This document shows positions 46,807 to 55,962 of a stretch of DNA of 61,173 bases, piece by piece (within the stretch, counting starts at the first letter, position 1; every line of letters begins with the position of its first letter). The translations under genes and the position numbers were made by a program. Source of the DNA: Candidatus Micrarchaeota archaeon (GTDB taxonomy: Archaea; Micrarchaeota; Micrarchaeia; Anstonellales; Bilamarchaeaceae); contig JACRGB010000046.1 of assembly GCA_016212505.1 (NCBI GenBank), positions 1 to 61,173 on the forward strand. Reading direction: 5' to 3'. The notes under the pieces were generated by a model, which was not told the origin of the DNA, ran no database searches, and worked only from the letters and a program-made list of their open reading frames with translations.

Positions 46807-47982
46807 ATGATAAAGCTTGAGCTGGACCGCAAAAAGCGCCTGATAATGGTTAAGGAGCCATCTGATGTCTCCTCATTGCAGAACGGTTTTTACGGCCAGA
46901 TGAAAAAAGGAATAATTTACCTATCCCCAGAAGAAGCGTTGTATGTGATGGATATTCGGAATGGAAAATGCTACGACGATGCTGGCAACCCGTTTACATT
47001 CAATGACATTGCCTCGCTATTTCTCAAAAACAAAAAATTGCTCGCCCGCTGCCTCACATATAAGGATTGGCGCGATAAAGGGCTGGTGCTTCGGTACATT
47101 AGCGAAGCAGAAGGTGGGTATGGCAGGACAGTTCTCAAAAAATACACGAGTGCGCCATTTAGGTTAGATGCTTTTGGTTTTGAAGGGTTATTTTTTCCCA
47201 ACGACCTTATTACAATGGTTGATGACCAAACGGTCGGGAAAGAGCTCTATGAGCGGTATTGGATCGGGCAGTTTGGAACCTATAAGGCATCCCATCGCGG
47301 GACAGTAGCCAAATATGATATTTATGAGACTATTTTCCTGCTAAAAAGCGGAAACCTCATGCTTAAGGGCTGTAACCTTGCAACCGTAGAGAAAGTTGCA
47401 AAGAAAAGGATCAAGTTCTTTGAGGATATTTACCTTGTTTACGAAGACTGGCGATCCCGCGGGTATGTGATTAAGACCGGCTTTAAGTTCGGGACGCATT
47501 TTCGGATTTATTTCCCTGGGGCTTCGCCAGTCCGAAGCGAAGACGAATGGATGCACTCGAAGCACGTTATCCATGTTTTCCCGAGGAAGCATAAACAGCT
47601 GATTTCGGAATGGGCCCGTGCGATCAGAGTGGCCCACTCGGTCAAGAAAACGTTCATCCTCGCGATTCCCGGAAAGAAAAAAGAAATCAAACTTAGCAAA
47701 ACCAGATCGCGGCTCGATTTTTTACTATACCATAGGAAGAAGGGCGGTATCGAAACGCCAAAAGACGGTTCGCCAAAATACCTGATGTATTCCCTGACCG
47801 AAGACGAATACATTGGTGGTGAAGAATTGTACGAAGCATTGGCAGAGTGCAAGCAGTTTGGTTTGGAAATGGTGGTTGCAATTAGTGATCGGGAGAGCAG
47901 CGTAACATATTATATAATTAAGGAATTGGAACTTCCTGGAAGCGAATATGAGTACTATGAGATTGAGTGGGTTCAGCCTTAA
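46807..47982 (+). CDS. endA: tRNA splicing endonuclease (multi-unit, epsilon-type size)
   Basis: LSPEEALY, YKDWRDKG, YEDWRSRGYVIKTGFKFGTHFRIY, HSKHV, AHSVKK (Tyr/His/Lys triad); 391 aa from ATG 46807 after GAGGTG. Confidence 0.93.
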   Translation: MIKLELDRKKRLIMVKEPSDVSSLQNGFYGQMKKGIIYLSPEEALYVMDIRNGKCYDDAGNPFTFNDIASLFLKNKKLLARCLTYKDWRDKGLVLRYISEAEGGYGRTVLKKYTSAPFRLDAFGFEGLFFPNDLITMVDDQTVGKELYERYWIGQFGTYKASHRGTVAKYDIYETIFLLKSGNLMLKGCNLATVEKVAKKRIKFFEDIYLVYEDWRSRGYVIKTGFKFGTHFRIYFPGASPVRSEDEWMHSKHVIHVFPRKHKQLISEWARAIRVAHSVKKTFILAIPGKKKEIKLSKTRSRLDFLLYHRKKGGIETPKDGSPKYLMYSLTEDEYIGGEELYEALAECKQFGLEMVVAISDRESSVTYYIIKELELPGSEYEYYEIEWVQP

Positions 47983-48041
47983 CTGAACCCACTGCCCACG
48001 AAAACCTGCGGGTTTTCATGGTTGAATGGGTTCAGCCGTAA
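47963..48041. repeat. Duplicated endA 3' end around a hairpin insert
   Basis: TTGAGTGGGTTCAGCCTTAA (47963-47982) vs TTGAATGGGTTCAGCCGTAA (48022-48041). Inverted copy CTGAACCCAC at 47983-47992. Confidence 0.8.
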
Positions 48042-48107
48042 GAGTTTTGAGTTTTTGTGTTTAGGGTTTCGAACAAATTGATATGAAACAAAAATGGAGT
48101 TGATAGT

Positions 48108-48377
48108 ATGGTTAGAGCAAGTCACATATTGGTGGAAAATGAGCAATTGGCAAAAAAAATAAAGGGTGAGATACAAAGTGGTGCGGACTTTGCAAAAATG
48201 GCGAAAAAATATTCCATTTGCCCGAGCAAAGCCCAGGGCGGGGACCTTGGAGATTTCGGTAAGGGCCAGATGGTTAAGGAATTTGAAGATGCAGCATTTT
48301 CACTTCCCATTGGGATAGTATCGAACCCTGTGAAGACCGAATTTGGATATCATTTGATTATGGTCACTAAAAAGTAA
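48108..48377 (+). CDS. ppiC: Parvulin-type peptidyl-prolyl isomerase
   Basis: [47 protein letters not shown]. Confidence 0.95.
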   Translation: MVRASHILVENEQLAKKIKGEIQSGADFAKMAKKYSICPSKAQGGDLGDFGKGQMVKEFEDAAFSLPIGIVSNPVKTEFGYHLIMVTKK

Positions 48378-48380
48378 AAA

Positions 48381-48480
48381 CAAGGACAAATTTGAAAAAT
48401 TTGTCCGTGGAGAAATTCGGAAGAATTTCTCCTGTAGCGAACCGATTTTCGCTACGAATTGGAATATACAAATTCCAATA
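48381..48480. repeat. Tandem hairpin array, family A copy 3
   Basis: GGACAAATTT-gaa-AAATTTGTCC, GGAGAAATTC-ggaa-GAATTTCTCC, GTAGCGAA-ccgatt-TTCGCTAC, ATTGGAAT-atacaa-ATTCCAAT. Collinear with about 1593-1680. Confidence 0.88.
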
Positions 48481-48547
48481 AGATAAAAATGGCATGGAAA
48501 AGCAGCCTTTTTAAGGCGTTTGACCCATGGATTGTAAGGGTGTGTGT

Positions 48548-49162
48548 ATGAAAACAATCATAGGGTTAATGTTTTTACTTATAATAAGTGCCAGCTTTGC
48601 GCAAATAATTGAAACGCAGCCTGGAGATAATGGAAAGCAGTTTGCATCAGATACTTCAGCTGCAAAATGCAAGGACACAAATGCAAAAGCAGTCTATGTT
48701 TGTTATGGTAATGTCGTAAAGGTAGTTTGGAAAGACTCAGCGCAGGGAAGTACGTTCTATAAGCCAGATGGCCAGGTAGTAAACTGCCCCCCTGGAACAC
48801 CCGCGCAGATGGGAGCACAATGCCTTCAGATGATGACGCCTAATTATTGCCCGGGCAGTTCGCAGTGTGGAAGTTCGCCACCAGAAACATTCCCGGGGTT
48901 AAATCCAGTACCTTCTGATAATACCAGCAAAAATGTAACTCCCACTACCCCGGCACCTGAACCTACTCCGGTAGTTAAGCCAACTCCTAATCCCGAGCCA
49001 ACTCCGGCAAAAAACAACACAATTGTTGATAACAGCGGATCGCCATCATATCCGGCGAACGTTGATAATAATTTCAACAATCTCATACTGGTCCTGATAG
49101 TCATTGCGATTGTTGCAATTATTGTGCTCTTTACAATGTTTAGGAGCAGCTTGCATACCTAA
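48548..49162 (+). CDS. Cell-surface protein: Cys-rich domain, Pro/Thr linker, C-terminal TM anchor
   Basis: Signal peptide MKTIIGLMFLLIISASFA, 6 Cys, TPTTPAPEPTPVVKPTPNPEPTP, C-terminal hydrophobic helix. Confidence 0.82.
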   Translation: MKTIIGLMFLLIISASFAQIIETQPGDNGKQFASDTSAAKCKDTNAKAVYVCYGNVVKVVWKDSAQGSTFYKPDGQVVNCPPGTPAQMGAQCLQMMTPNYCPGSSQCGSSPPETFPGLNPVPSDNTSKNVTPTTPAPEPTPVVKPTPNPEPTPAKNNTIVDNSGSPSYPANVDNNFNNLILVLIVIAIVAIIVLFTMFRSSLHT

Positions 49163-49252
49163 ATTTTATTTTTTCTTCAGTTTTTTTAGTTTTTTAGTCT
49201 TGTTTCTTCCTCGTTTCTTTTTTGTTAGTTTTCATAACCATAGGGAGTAATT

Positions 49253-50011
49253 ATGCGTCCAATAACAAGAACCGGCCAAATGGCTACTTCATACAAAAAG
49301 CCAAGCGAAATTATTAGAGAACAGGTCGAAGGGATAGCAAAAGTAGCTTTTTTGGTTAATGGCCGTCATCCAAAAAGAGGCTACGCTGAACCAATAGATC
49401 AGGGGAATGTTAACGCCTCTGCGAGCTGGAAGGTTCGGCAAAATAGGCGAATATATGAGTTTTATGAAAAATTAGCTCCGCTTGGATTTATGGTTTTTCC
49501 TCATTTTACTTCTACAGTTAGCAGTGAATTGTTGGGAAGTAATTTCAATGGAGTCAGAGACTGGGCAATAGAGCTGCAACAGAGTGATTATCCCAAATTT
49601 TTATCAATGTTTTTCTTATCCACTCATGGCCAAAAGGATGGAACGCTCATGATAGGAAGTTCCGAAATTAGGTTAGAGGAGTTATTCAAAGAATTGGATA
49701 AATTTAGCGGAAGGAAGTTAGTCATAATTCTTTCCTGTCATAGTGGAATGGCAATAGAAATATTACGGGCAAGAGCATCGAGGGATAGCTACTATCTGAT
49801 CACTTCTTCTGGCCCGGACAAAGCATCAAGCTGGGGAGAGGATGACATGGTTAGTTTGTTATACAAAACTTTTCCTGCGATTCTGGATCATCCTGAGATA
49901 TTCCAAGAGTTGCGGGTGGATGAAGGCGGAAGAGTCCTGGATCCTCAGTTTTTCATAGGAAAAGAGTGGGGCGAGAGTGAAATGGTTAGTTTTGGATTTA
50001 GAAAAAGATGA
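49253..50011 (+). CDS. Caspase-like (clan CD) cysteine peptidase domain protein
   Basis: FFLSTHG and VIILSCHSG, each after a hydrophobic strand (His-Cys dyad pattern); LITSS follows. Confidence 0.68.
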   Translation: MRPITRTGQMATSYKKPSEIIREQVEGIAKVAFLVNGRHPKRGYAEPIDQGNVNASASWKVRQNRRIYEFYEKLAPLGFMVFPHFTSTVSSELLGSNFNGVRDWAIELQQSDYPKFLSMFFLSTHGQKDGTLMIGSSEIRLEELFKELDKFSGRKLVIILSCHSGMAIEILRARASRDSYYLITSSGPDKASSWGEDDMVSLLYKTFPAILDHPEIFQELRVDEGGRVLDPQFFIGKEWGESEMVSFGFRKR

Positions 50012-50015
50012 GAAT

Positions 50016-50525
50016 TTACTTTTTATCTAAAACATCTGTGCCAATTTTAAGAAGCACCCGATCATCCTGAGGATTGGCAACCAGAACCACAACTCCTTCA
50101 TCTGCGAGCGGCCTAACTGCAGGAAGGATATTAGGATCAAAAAAACCTACAACTATTACGGAGTTAGGGTTTGATTGTTTCAATTGTCTTAAACGTGATA
50201 CCAGTTGATCAGTCCTCAGGGTAAAGATTCTCGAACTTCTAAGTGCAATTACATCTGCGCTTTGATCCTTAGTAGAAAACGTATCTAAGAAGAAAACAGG
50301 ATAAGTAACTGGTTTGCTATCCGGGTGGGCACCTACAGAATGAAAAACGTGGGGCATTACTATTCGTTCCATGCATAGGTCAGGATCATCAATGACAATT
50401 ATGGCTCTCCTGCCTGCCATAAACATTGATTGTTCGAAAGCAGCTGCAGATCCTCTTGAATGAGGAGTAAATGTAGTTCTGCTAAGAAAAAGCAGAGGCT
50501 GGACACCAGATTTTTGGGAAGTCAT
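50016..50525 (-). CDS. Hypothetical protein, possibly degenerate NYN/PIN fold
   Basis: VIVVGFFDPNILPAVRPLADEGVVVLV resembles the NYN motif SGDxDF.P.v..l...G..V.v but lacks the acidic residues. Confidence 0.5.
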   Translation of the reverse strand: MTSQKSGVQPLLFLSRTTFTPHSRGSAAAFEQSMFMAGRRAIIVIDDPDLCMERIVMPHVFHSVGAHPDSKPVTYPVFFLDTFSTKDQSADVIALRSSRIFTLRTDQLVSRLRQLKQSNPNSVIVVGFFDPNILPAVRPLADEGVVVLVANPQDDRVLLKIGTDVLDKK

Positions 50526-50666
50526 AATTACATATTGTGGGAGACTATTTAAAAACAGTAGTATAGGGTTTTGATGAAAAATTGCTAAATTAAAGAAGAG
50601 AAAGAATAGATAGAAAATAAAGAAATAAAAGTTGAAAAAATAAATTTCGAAACGGAAAAGCGAAAC

Positions 50667-52325
50667 CTAATCCATTCCTTCCATGCCGCCCATTCCTGGA
50701 GGCATGCCGCCTGGACCGCCACCTCCGCCTCGACCTCCTCTTGAACTGATAATATCATCAATTCTAAGGACCAATCGCGAGGTTTCAGTAGCAGATACTA
50801 ATGCCTGTCTCTTTACCTTCATAGGTTCGTAAATGCCTAGTGGCTTAAGATCAGAGACTTTTCCAGCAAGTACATCAACGCCAAATGTTTTACCATCCTT
50901 TTCCTTGTGCTTGTTTCGTAAGGAAACGATAGTGTCAATTACATCCATACCGGCATTTTCAGCGAGTGCTCTTGGAATTGATTCCATGGCTTCAGCATAT
51001 GCCTGGATGGCCAATTGCTCACGGCCACCGATCTGAACTGCATAAGCATGCAATTCTCGGCTAATTTCCATTTCAACAGAACCGCCGCCAATAACATATT
51101 TGCCATCTTCAAGAGCGCTTGATACTGCTCCACGGGCATCAACTACAGCCCGCTCGACTTCGCTGACAACATGGTCAGTTCCAGCCCGGACAAAAATCGT
51201 AACGGATTTTGGATCCTTACATTTTTCAACAAAGACCATTGCTTCGCCGCCAACCTTTCGCTCTTCAACTGATCCTGCATAACCAAGGTCGGATTCTTTC
51301 ATGCCTTCAAGGCTTGAAGAAACTGATGCACCAGTGGCCCGGCCAAGTTTTTCCATATCGGATTTTTTAACTCGCCTTACTGCTGAAATACCTTTCTTTG
51401 CTAAGAAATGTTGAACCAAATCATCAATGCCCTTTTGGCAGAAGACAATTGTTGCTTTTGTTGCAGCAATCTTATCTACCATATCGCGCATCATCTTTTC
51501 TTCCTGCTGCAAGAATGCTTCCATCTTATCAGGAGAAGTTATCTCGATTTTTGCATCAGTTTCAGTTTTTTCAATCTCTAATGCTGCATCCAAAAGAAGG
51601 ATTTTTGCATCCTTAATTGATTTTGGCATTCCTGTGTGGACAATTTCCTTGTCGATAAGGACTCCTTGGATCAATTGTGTGTCCATTACTTCTCCTCCGG
51701 CTTTCTTCTCAATCTTGACTAGGTCAAGGTCAACCTTGTGCTTTCCACCTTTTGTTTCAGCAACCTGAAGAAGTGCGGTGCTGACAATTTCTGCAATTTT
51801 TCTTTTTTCAGAATCGTTTCCAATGCCTTTTGAACCCATAGAAACAAGACCGATCTTGTTCAATGTTTCAACGTCAGTAGATTTTACGGGTTCAGATACC
51901 CTCTCAAGGGCTTCTTCTGCCTTCTTGACCGCAAGCTCGTATCCTTTTATGATAACTGTTGGGTGGATATTTTGGTCAATTAGTTCACCTGCTTTTCTAA
52001 GCAAGTTGCCGGCCAACACGACACTCGTGGTGGTTCCGTCACCAACTTCCTTGTCCTGTGTTTTTGCAATTTCAACCATCAATTTTGCAGCTGGATGATC
52101 AACGTTCATTTCTTCTAAAATAGTCGCACCATCATTAGTTATGACGATGTCTCCCAAATCAGAAACAAGCATCTTGTCCATACCTTTTGGGCCTAAAGTG
52201 GTCTTGACAATGTTTGCTACGGCGTAGCAAATTGCAATGTTTATCCGCATTGCATCACGACCTAAAACTCTCTGAGCGCCTTCTGGCAACACATAAACTT
52301 GTTCTCCACTTACCTGTTTAGTCAT
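50667..52325 (-). CDS. ths: Thermosome (group II chaperonin) subunit
   Basis: [41 protein letters not shown] tail. Start 52325 chosen by GGAGG spacing. Confidence 0.97.
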   Translation of the reverse strand: MTKQVSGEQVYVLPEGAQRVLGRDAMRINIAICYAVANIVKTTLGPKGMDKMLVSDLGDIVITNDGATILEEMNVDHPAAKLMVEIAKTQDKEVGDGTTTSVVLAGNLLRKAGELIDQNIHPTVIIKGYELAVKKAEEALERVSEPVKSTDVETLNKIGLVSMGSKGIGNDSEKRKIAEIVSTALLQVAETKGGKHKVDLDLVKIEKKAGGEVMDTQLIQGVLIDKEIVHTGMPKSIKDAKILLLDAALEIEKTETDAKIEITSPDKMEAFLQQEEKMMRDMVDKIAATKATIVFCQKGIDDLVQHFLAKKGISAVRRVKKSDMEKLGRATGASVSSSLEGMKESDLGYAGSVEERKVGGEAMVFVEKCKDPKSVTIFVRAGTDHVVSEVERAVVDARGAVSSALEDGKYVIGGGSVEMEISRELHAYAVQIGGREQLAIQAYAEAMESIPRALAENAGMDVIDTIVSLRNKHKEKDGKTFGVDVLAGKVSDLKPLGIYEPMKVKRQALVSATETSRLVLRIDDIISSRGGRGGGGGPGGMPPGMGGMEGMD

Positions 52326-52527
52326 AAAACTCATCCTCCAAAAATTCTGTATTAGTATTGATTTACACTAATGATAATTAGCAGAATACTATCTCACAAA
52401 ATGTTTAAAAAGCTATATTATTTTGCTAGTTCTAAACCAAGTTCTTCTCAGATGCTATCGCCGAGAGAGGGCGTTGGCCTAAGTGAAGAAACGCGAAAAA
52501 GAAAACTGGACACTCGGAACCGGACAC

Positions 52528-53283
52528 TCAGAGGTGTGCCGTCCATCCGCCATCAACCACGATTTCTGTCCCGGTAACATAGCTTGCTTCTTCGCTCGCA
52601 AGGTAAAGTGCAGCATTCGCAATGTCTTTCGGCATACCGGCCCGCTTAACTAAAAAGGATTGCTCCATGGTTTGAAGAATAGATGGATCATTTGTAAATG
52701 CCTCGGTCATTTTTGTCTCTATTAGGCCAGGGCAGATGGAATTTACAGTAATTCCATAAGGGGCCAAGTCGATAGCTGCTGCTTTTGTAAATCCCCTTAC
52801 ACCGAATTTTGCAGCGCAATAGGCAGCAGATCCGCCAAAGCCCATCAGGCCTGCAACAGAACTGATGTTTATTATACGGCCCCAGTTTTTCTTTTTCATT
52901 TGCAATGCAGCGTATTTTGTGCCAAAGAATACCCCATCAAGATCAACTGCCTGTACTTTTTTCCAAAGGGCAGTATCCATCTCATCAACGGGTTTTTGCT
53001 CAAATACCCCTGCGTTATTTACCATTATATGAAGGCCACCGAATTTTTTGACAGTGTCATTTACAAGGGACTGGACCTGATCTTCATTAGAAACATCGCA
53101 CACTTCACAAAATACTTCGTGACCTGCTTTTTTTATTTCGCCAACTACAATATCGCATTCATTTTGATGTCTTGAAGTAATTACTACTTTTGCTCCTGAT
53201 TCAGAGAATGTTTTTGCAATTCCAGCACCAATACCCCTTCCAGAACCGGTTATTATAGCTACTTTGCCAGTGAGATCAGACAT
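52528..53283 (-). CDS. Classical SDR oxidoreductase (FabG-like)
   Basis: TGSGRGIG, NNAG, NISS, YCAAK, NSICPG, TGTEIVVDGG. Start moved to ATG 53283. Confidence 0.94.
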   Translation of the reverse strand: MSDLTGKVAIITGSGRGIGAGIAKTFSESGAKVVITSRHQNECDIVVGEIKKAGHEVFCEVCDVSNEDQVQSLVNDTVKKFGGLHIMVNNAGVFEQKPVDEMDTALWKKVQAVDLDGVFFGTKYAALQMKKKNWGRIINISSVAGLMGFGGSAAYCAAKFGVRGFTKAAAIDLAPYGITVNSICPGLIETKMTEAFTNDPSILQTMEQSFLVKRAGMPKDIANAALYLASEEASYVTGTEIVVDGGWTAHL

Positions 53284-53344
53284 AGGGCCACCATAAATTA
53301 TGCGCAGCGAAGAATAATAAATACGTGTGAATAAAATTTCACAT

Positions 53345-53761
53345 ATGAAAATTGGGAATGCTGCGGATTCTGGAAAAACCGGAAAAGCTGATGGCGGATT
53401 TTGTTCAGGATTTTTCTCGGCCCTGGCAAACCGAGAGCGGGTAAGGATACTACAGGAACTTTCCCTTAACCATATGAGCGTAAATAACCTAAGTGAAAAG
53501 ATAGGGATGGAAAGAACGCTGGTCTCCCATAATCTTGCCATGCTTGCAAAAGCAGAGCTAGTAAGCCACACTAAAGTTGGCAAAAGCAGAATATATAAAA
53601 CAAATGAGCATGTTGTTCCGTATGTTTTTTTTCTTCTTGAGCGAGTTGTTTGCTCCAGATGTTCAATAAGAAAAATATGTCAAAAATTGCGGGAAAAAGA
53701 AATCATCCCTCCTCTGGCAAGACAACACAATATTCGTCCACCATGTGAGGCTTGTAGGTAA
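53345..53761 (+). CDS. ArsR/SmtB family regulator with Cys-rich ends
   Basis: FFSALANRERVRILQEL..SVNNLSEKIGMERTLVSHNLAML; CSRC..C and CEAC. Confidence 0.88.
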   Translation: MKIGNAADSGKTGKADGGFCSGFFSALANRERVRILQELSLNHMSVNNLSEKIGMERTLVSHNLAMLAKAELVSHTKVGKSRIYKTNEHVVPYVFFLLERVVCSRCSIRKICQKLREKEIIPPLARQHNIRPPCEACR

Positions 53762-53766
53762 TTGAT

Positions 53767-54678
53767 ATGGTACTTTGTATTATCGCGATCATCATATTTT
53801 CAGTAATGTCGTTATTCTCGGCAAAATACCGCCCGCTTGCAAAAGAAAGCTTCAAGTGCGTTTTCAAAATGCTCATGATGAAGCCTTGCGATACTGGAAT
53901 AGATGACCAATTAAAAGCACAAATAGTTTCCAATCTTCTGAAGATTTCTCCCTTGGCAGCCCGGGTGGTAAACAGGAATTTTGTCCTCTTTTCATGGATT
54001 TTGGTACTCTTAACCGTTGCCAGCTTTGGCTACACCATCTATGGGGCATATAATTTCTACGTTTATGGGAATTGTGATGGGCCCAATGCAACCAGCGCGT
54101 GCATACTTAACGATATCACTGGCGACTATGGACGGTTCAGCAGCCCGACCGACCTGATCCCGCCAAATACGCTCGATGGGATTTCTGAGGGCAATATCAG
54201 TGCAAAGGTAAAGATTATTGAATTTGGGTGCTTCACCTGCCCATACACAAAAAAAGCAGAGTCAACCATGCAGCAGATCCTTGCCAAATACAACGGCTCG
54301 ATATATTATACGTTTAAACCGTTCCCCCTTCCAAACCATGCCTTTAGCAAACAGGCAGCAATGGCAGTGCTTTGCTCAGCAAGGCAGGGAAAAGAATGGG
54401 AACTGCGTGGCGCAATTTTTGAGCACCAGGAAGAGTGCACGGCAGATGGCACATTTGCAGTAAAATCTCTTGCTGAAAAAGCAGGACTCAATATGAGCCA
54501 GTTCAACGAATGCTATGACAAGAATCAGAGCGCAGCGGAACTTGAGCGATACATCCAGCAGGGAAAAGACGCGCACATTTACGCAACTCCCACATTTTTC
54601 ATAAATGGAAAAGCTATTGTCGGACCAAAACCGATCGAGGAATTTGAAAATGCCATAGCTAGTGCGAAGGGGAGTTGA
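53767..54678 (+). CDS. Membrane-anchored DsbA-family thiol-disulfide oxidoreductase
   Basis: IIEFGCFTCPYT, FPLPNH, cis-Pro ATPTFFING; N-terminal TM domain with extra Cys. Confidence 0.88.
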   Translation: MVLCIIAIIIFSVMSLFSAKYRPLAKESFKCVFKMLMMKPCDTGIDDQLKAQIVSNLLKISPLAARVVNRNFVLFSWILVLLTVASFGYTIYGAYNFYVYGNCDGPNATSACILNDITGDYGRFSSPTDLIPPNTLDGISEGNISAKVKIIEFGCFTCPYTKKAESTMQQILAKYNGSIYYTFKPFPLPNHAFSKQAAMAVLCSARQGKEWELRGAIFEHQEECTADGTFAVKSLAEKAGLNMSQFNECYDKNQSAAELERYIQQGKDAHIYATPTFFINGKAIVGPKPIEEFENAIASAKGS

Positions 54679-55886
54679 GACTTTTGATTGGCAACGATAT
54701 TAGAAACGATTTTCCGCTCCTGAAGAATAATCCCAATCTTATCTATTTTGATAGCGCATGCACTGCGCTAAAGCCAAAATCAGTCATAAATGCTGAAGCA
54801 GAATATTATGAGCAGTTCGGAGCGTGTGCAGGAAGAAGCTCGCACCAGCTTGGCAGAAAAACAAACGAAAACATAGATTTGTGCAGGGAAAGCGTTGCCA
54901 GGCTAGTTGGCGCTGATCCGCAAGGGCTGATTTGGACGAAAAACACTACAGAAGGCCTCAATATCATAGTCAATGGTCTTGATTATTCGAAAAGAAAAAA
55001 AGTAGTCACAACAAATATGGAGCATCATGCAGTGCTGCTTCCCTTGATAAGACTTCGGGACAATGGAACAATAAATCTCGAAATACTCCAGTGCAATAAT
55101 GATGAGGGAAAAATCGGAATCGAGCAATGGAAAGATAGCATAGATAAGGAAACTGCCCTGATTGTTACAAACGGGGCAAACAATACCACTGGCCAAAGAC
55201 AGGACATCAGGACAATTGGAAAAATAGCCCGTGATGCTGGCGCGATGATTGCAGTTGATGGCGCGCAAAGTGTACCGCACCATAAGGTGGATTTCAAATC
55301 GGAAAATATTGACTTCCTCTGCTTTTCCGCGCATAAAATGCTAGGGCCAAGCGGCATTGGCGCTCTGGTGGCAAAAAAGGAACATTTAGCAAAAATAAAG
55401 CCGCTTGCAGTTGGCGGAGGAAATGTGAAAACAGTTTCGCTCGGGAAAATTGAGTGGATGAATGATAATACTCGTTTTGAAGCAGGAGTGCAGCATTATT
55501 CCGGGATTTTTGGGTTTGCTGCAGCAGTTGAATACCTCAAAAAGATTGGGATGGCCAAAATAGAAGAGCACGAAAAACGCTTGACTGCGTTAATGCTAAA
55601 AGAACTGCAAAATGCAGGAGTACAGGTCTATGGTGATGCCAATCGGATAAATCATGGCGCGTTATTCTCATTTAATTTTAAGAAGGCAAAGCCGCATGAT
55701 GTTTCACTCATGCTGGATCAGAATAACATTGCAGTGCGGAGCGGGTTTTTCTGCGCACAGCCTGCAATGGAAGCGATTGGCGCAAAGGACGGCGCGGTTC
55801 GGGCGAGCGCGTACATATACAATAACGAAGAGGAAGTAAGGAAGTTCGGACAAGTCCTGCAGAAGATCGGCGTTGTTTATAGATAA
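54675..55886 (+). CDS. sufS: Cysteine desulfurase, SufS/CsdA group
   Basis: IYFDSACTALKP, MEHHA, VDGAQS, PLP Lys HKMLGPSG, RFEAG, RSGFFCA, RASAYIYN. Confidence 0.93.
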   Translation: MRLLIGNDIRNDFPLLKNNPNLIYFDSACTALKPKSVINAEAEYYEQFGACAGRSSHQLGRKTNENIDLCRESVARLVGADPQGLIWTKNTTEGLNIIVNGLDYSKRKKVVTTNMEHHAVLLPLIRLRDNGTINLEILQCNNDEGKIGIEQWKDSIDKETALIVTNGANNTTGQRQDIRTIGKIARDAGAMIAVDGAQSVPHHKVDFKSENIDFLCFSAHKMLGPSGIGALVAKKEHLAKIKPLAVGGGNVKTVSLGKIEWMNDNTRFEAGVQHYSGIFGFAAAVEYLKKIGMAKIEEHEKRLTALMLKELQNAGVQVYGDANRINHGALFSFNFKKAKPHDVSLMLDQNNIAVRSGFFCAQPAMEAIGAKDGAVRASAYIYNNEEEVRKFGQVLQKIGVVYR

Positions 55887-55962
55887 TTATAGATAACGAT
55901 AGAAAAGATAAAGAGGAAAACAGAAACATGCATTTTTAAACACTTTTATCTTTAATCAAACT

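Noticed and set aside
52371-52577. 68-aa ORF and short GGACACTC direct repeat upstream of ths
   Set aside because: The ORF overlaps the SDR end and lacks an RBS. The 8-nt repeat with loose 7-nt periodicity is too short to call.
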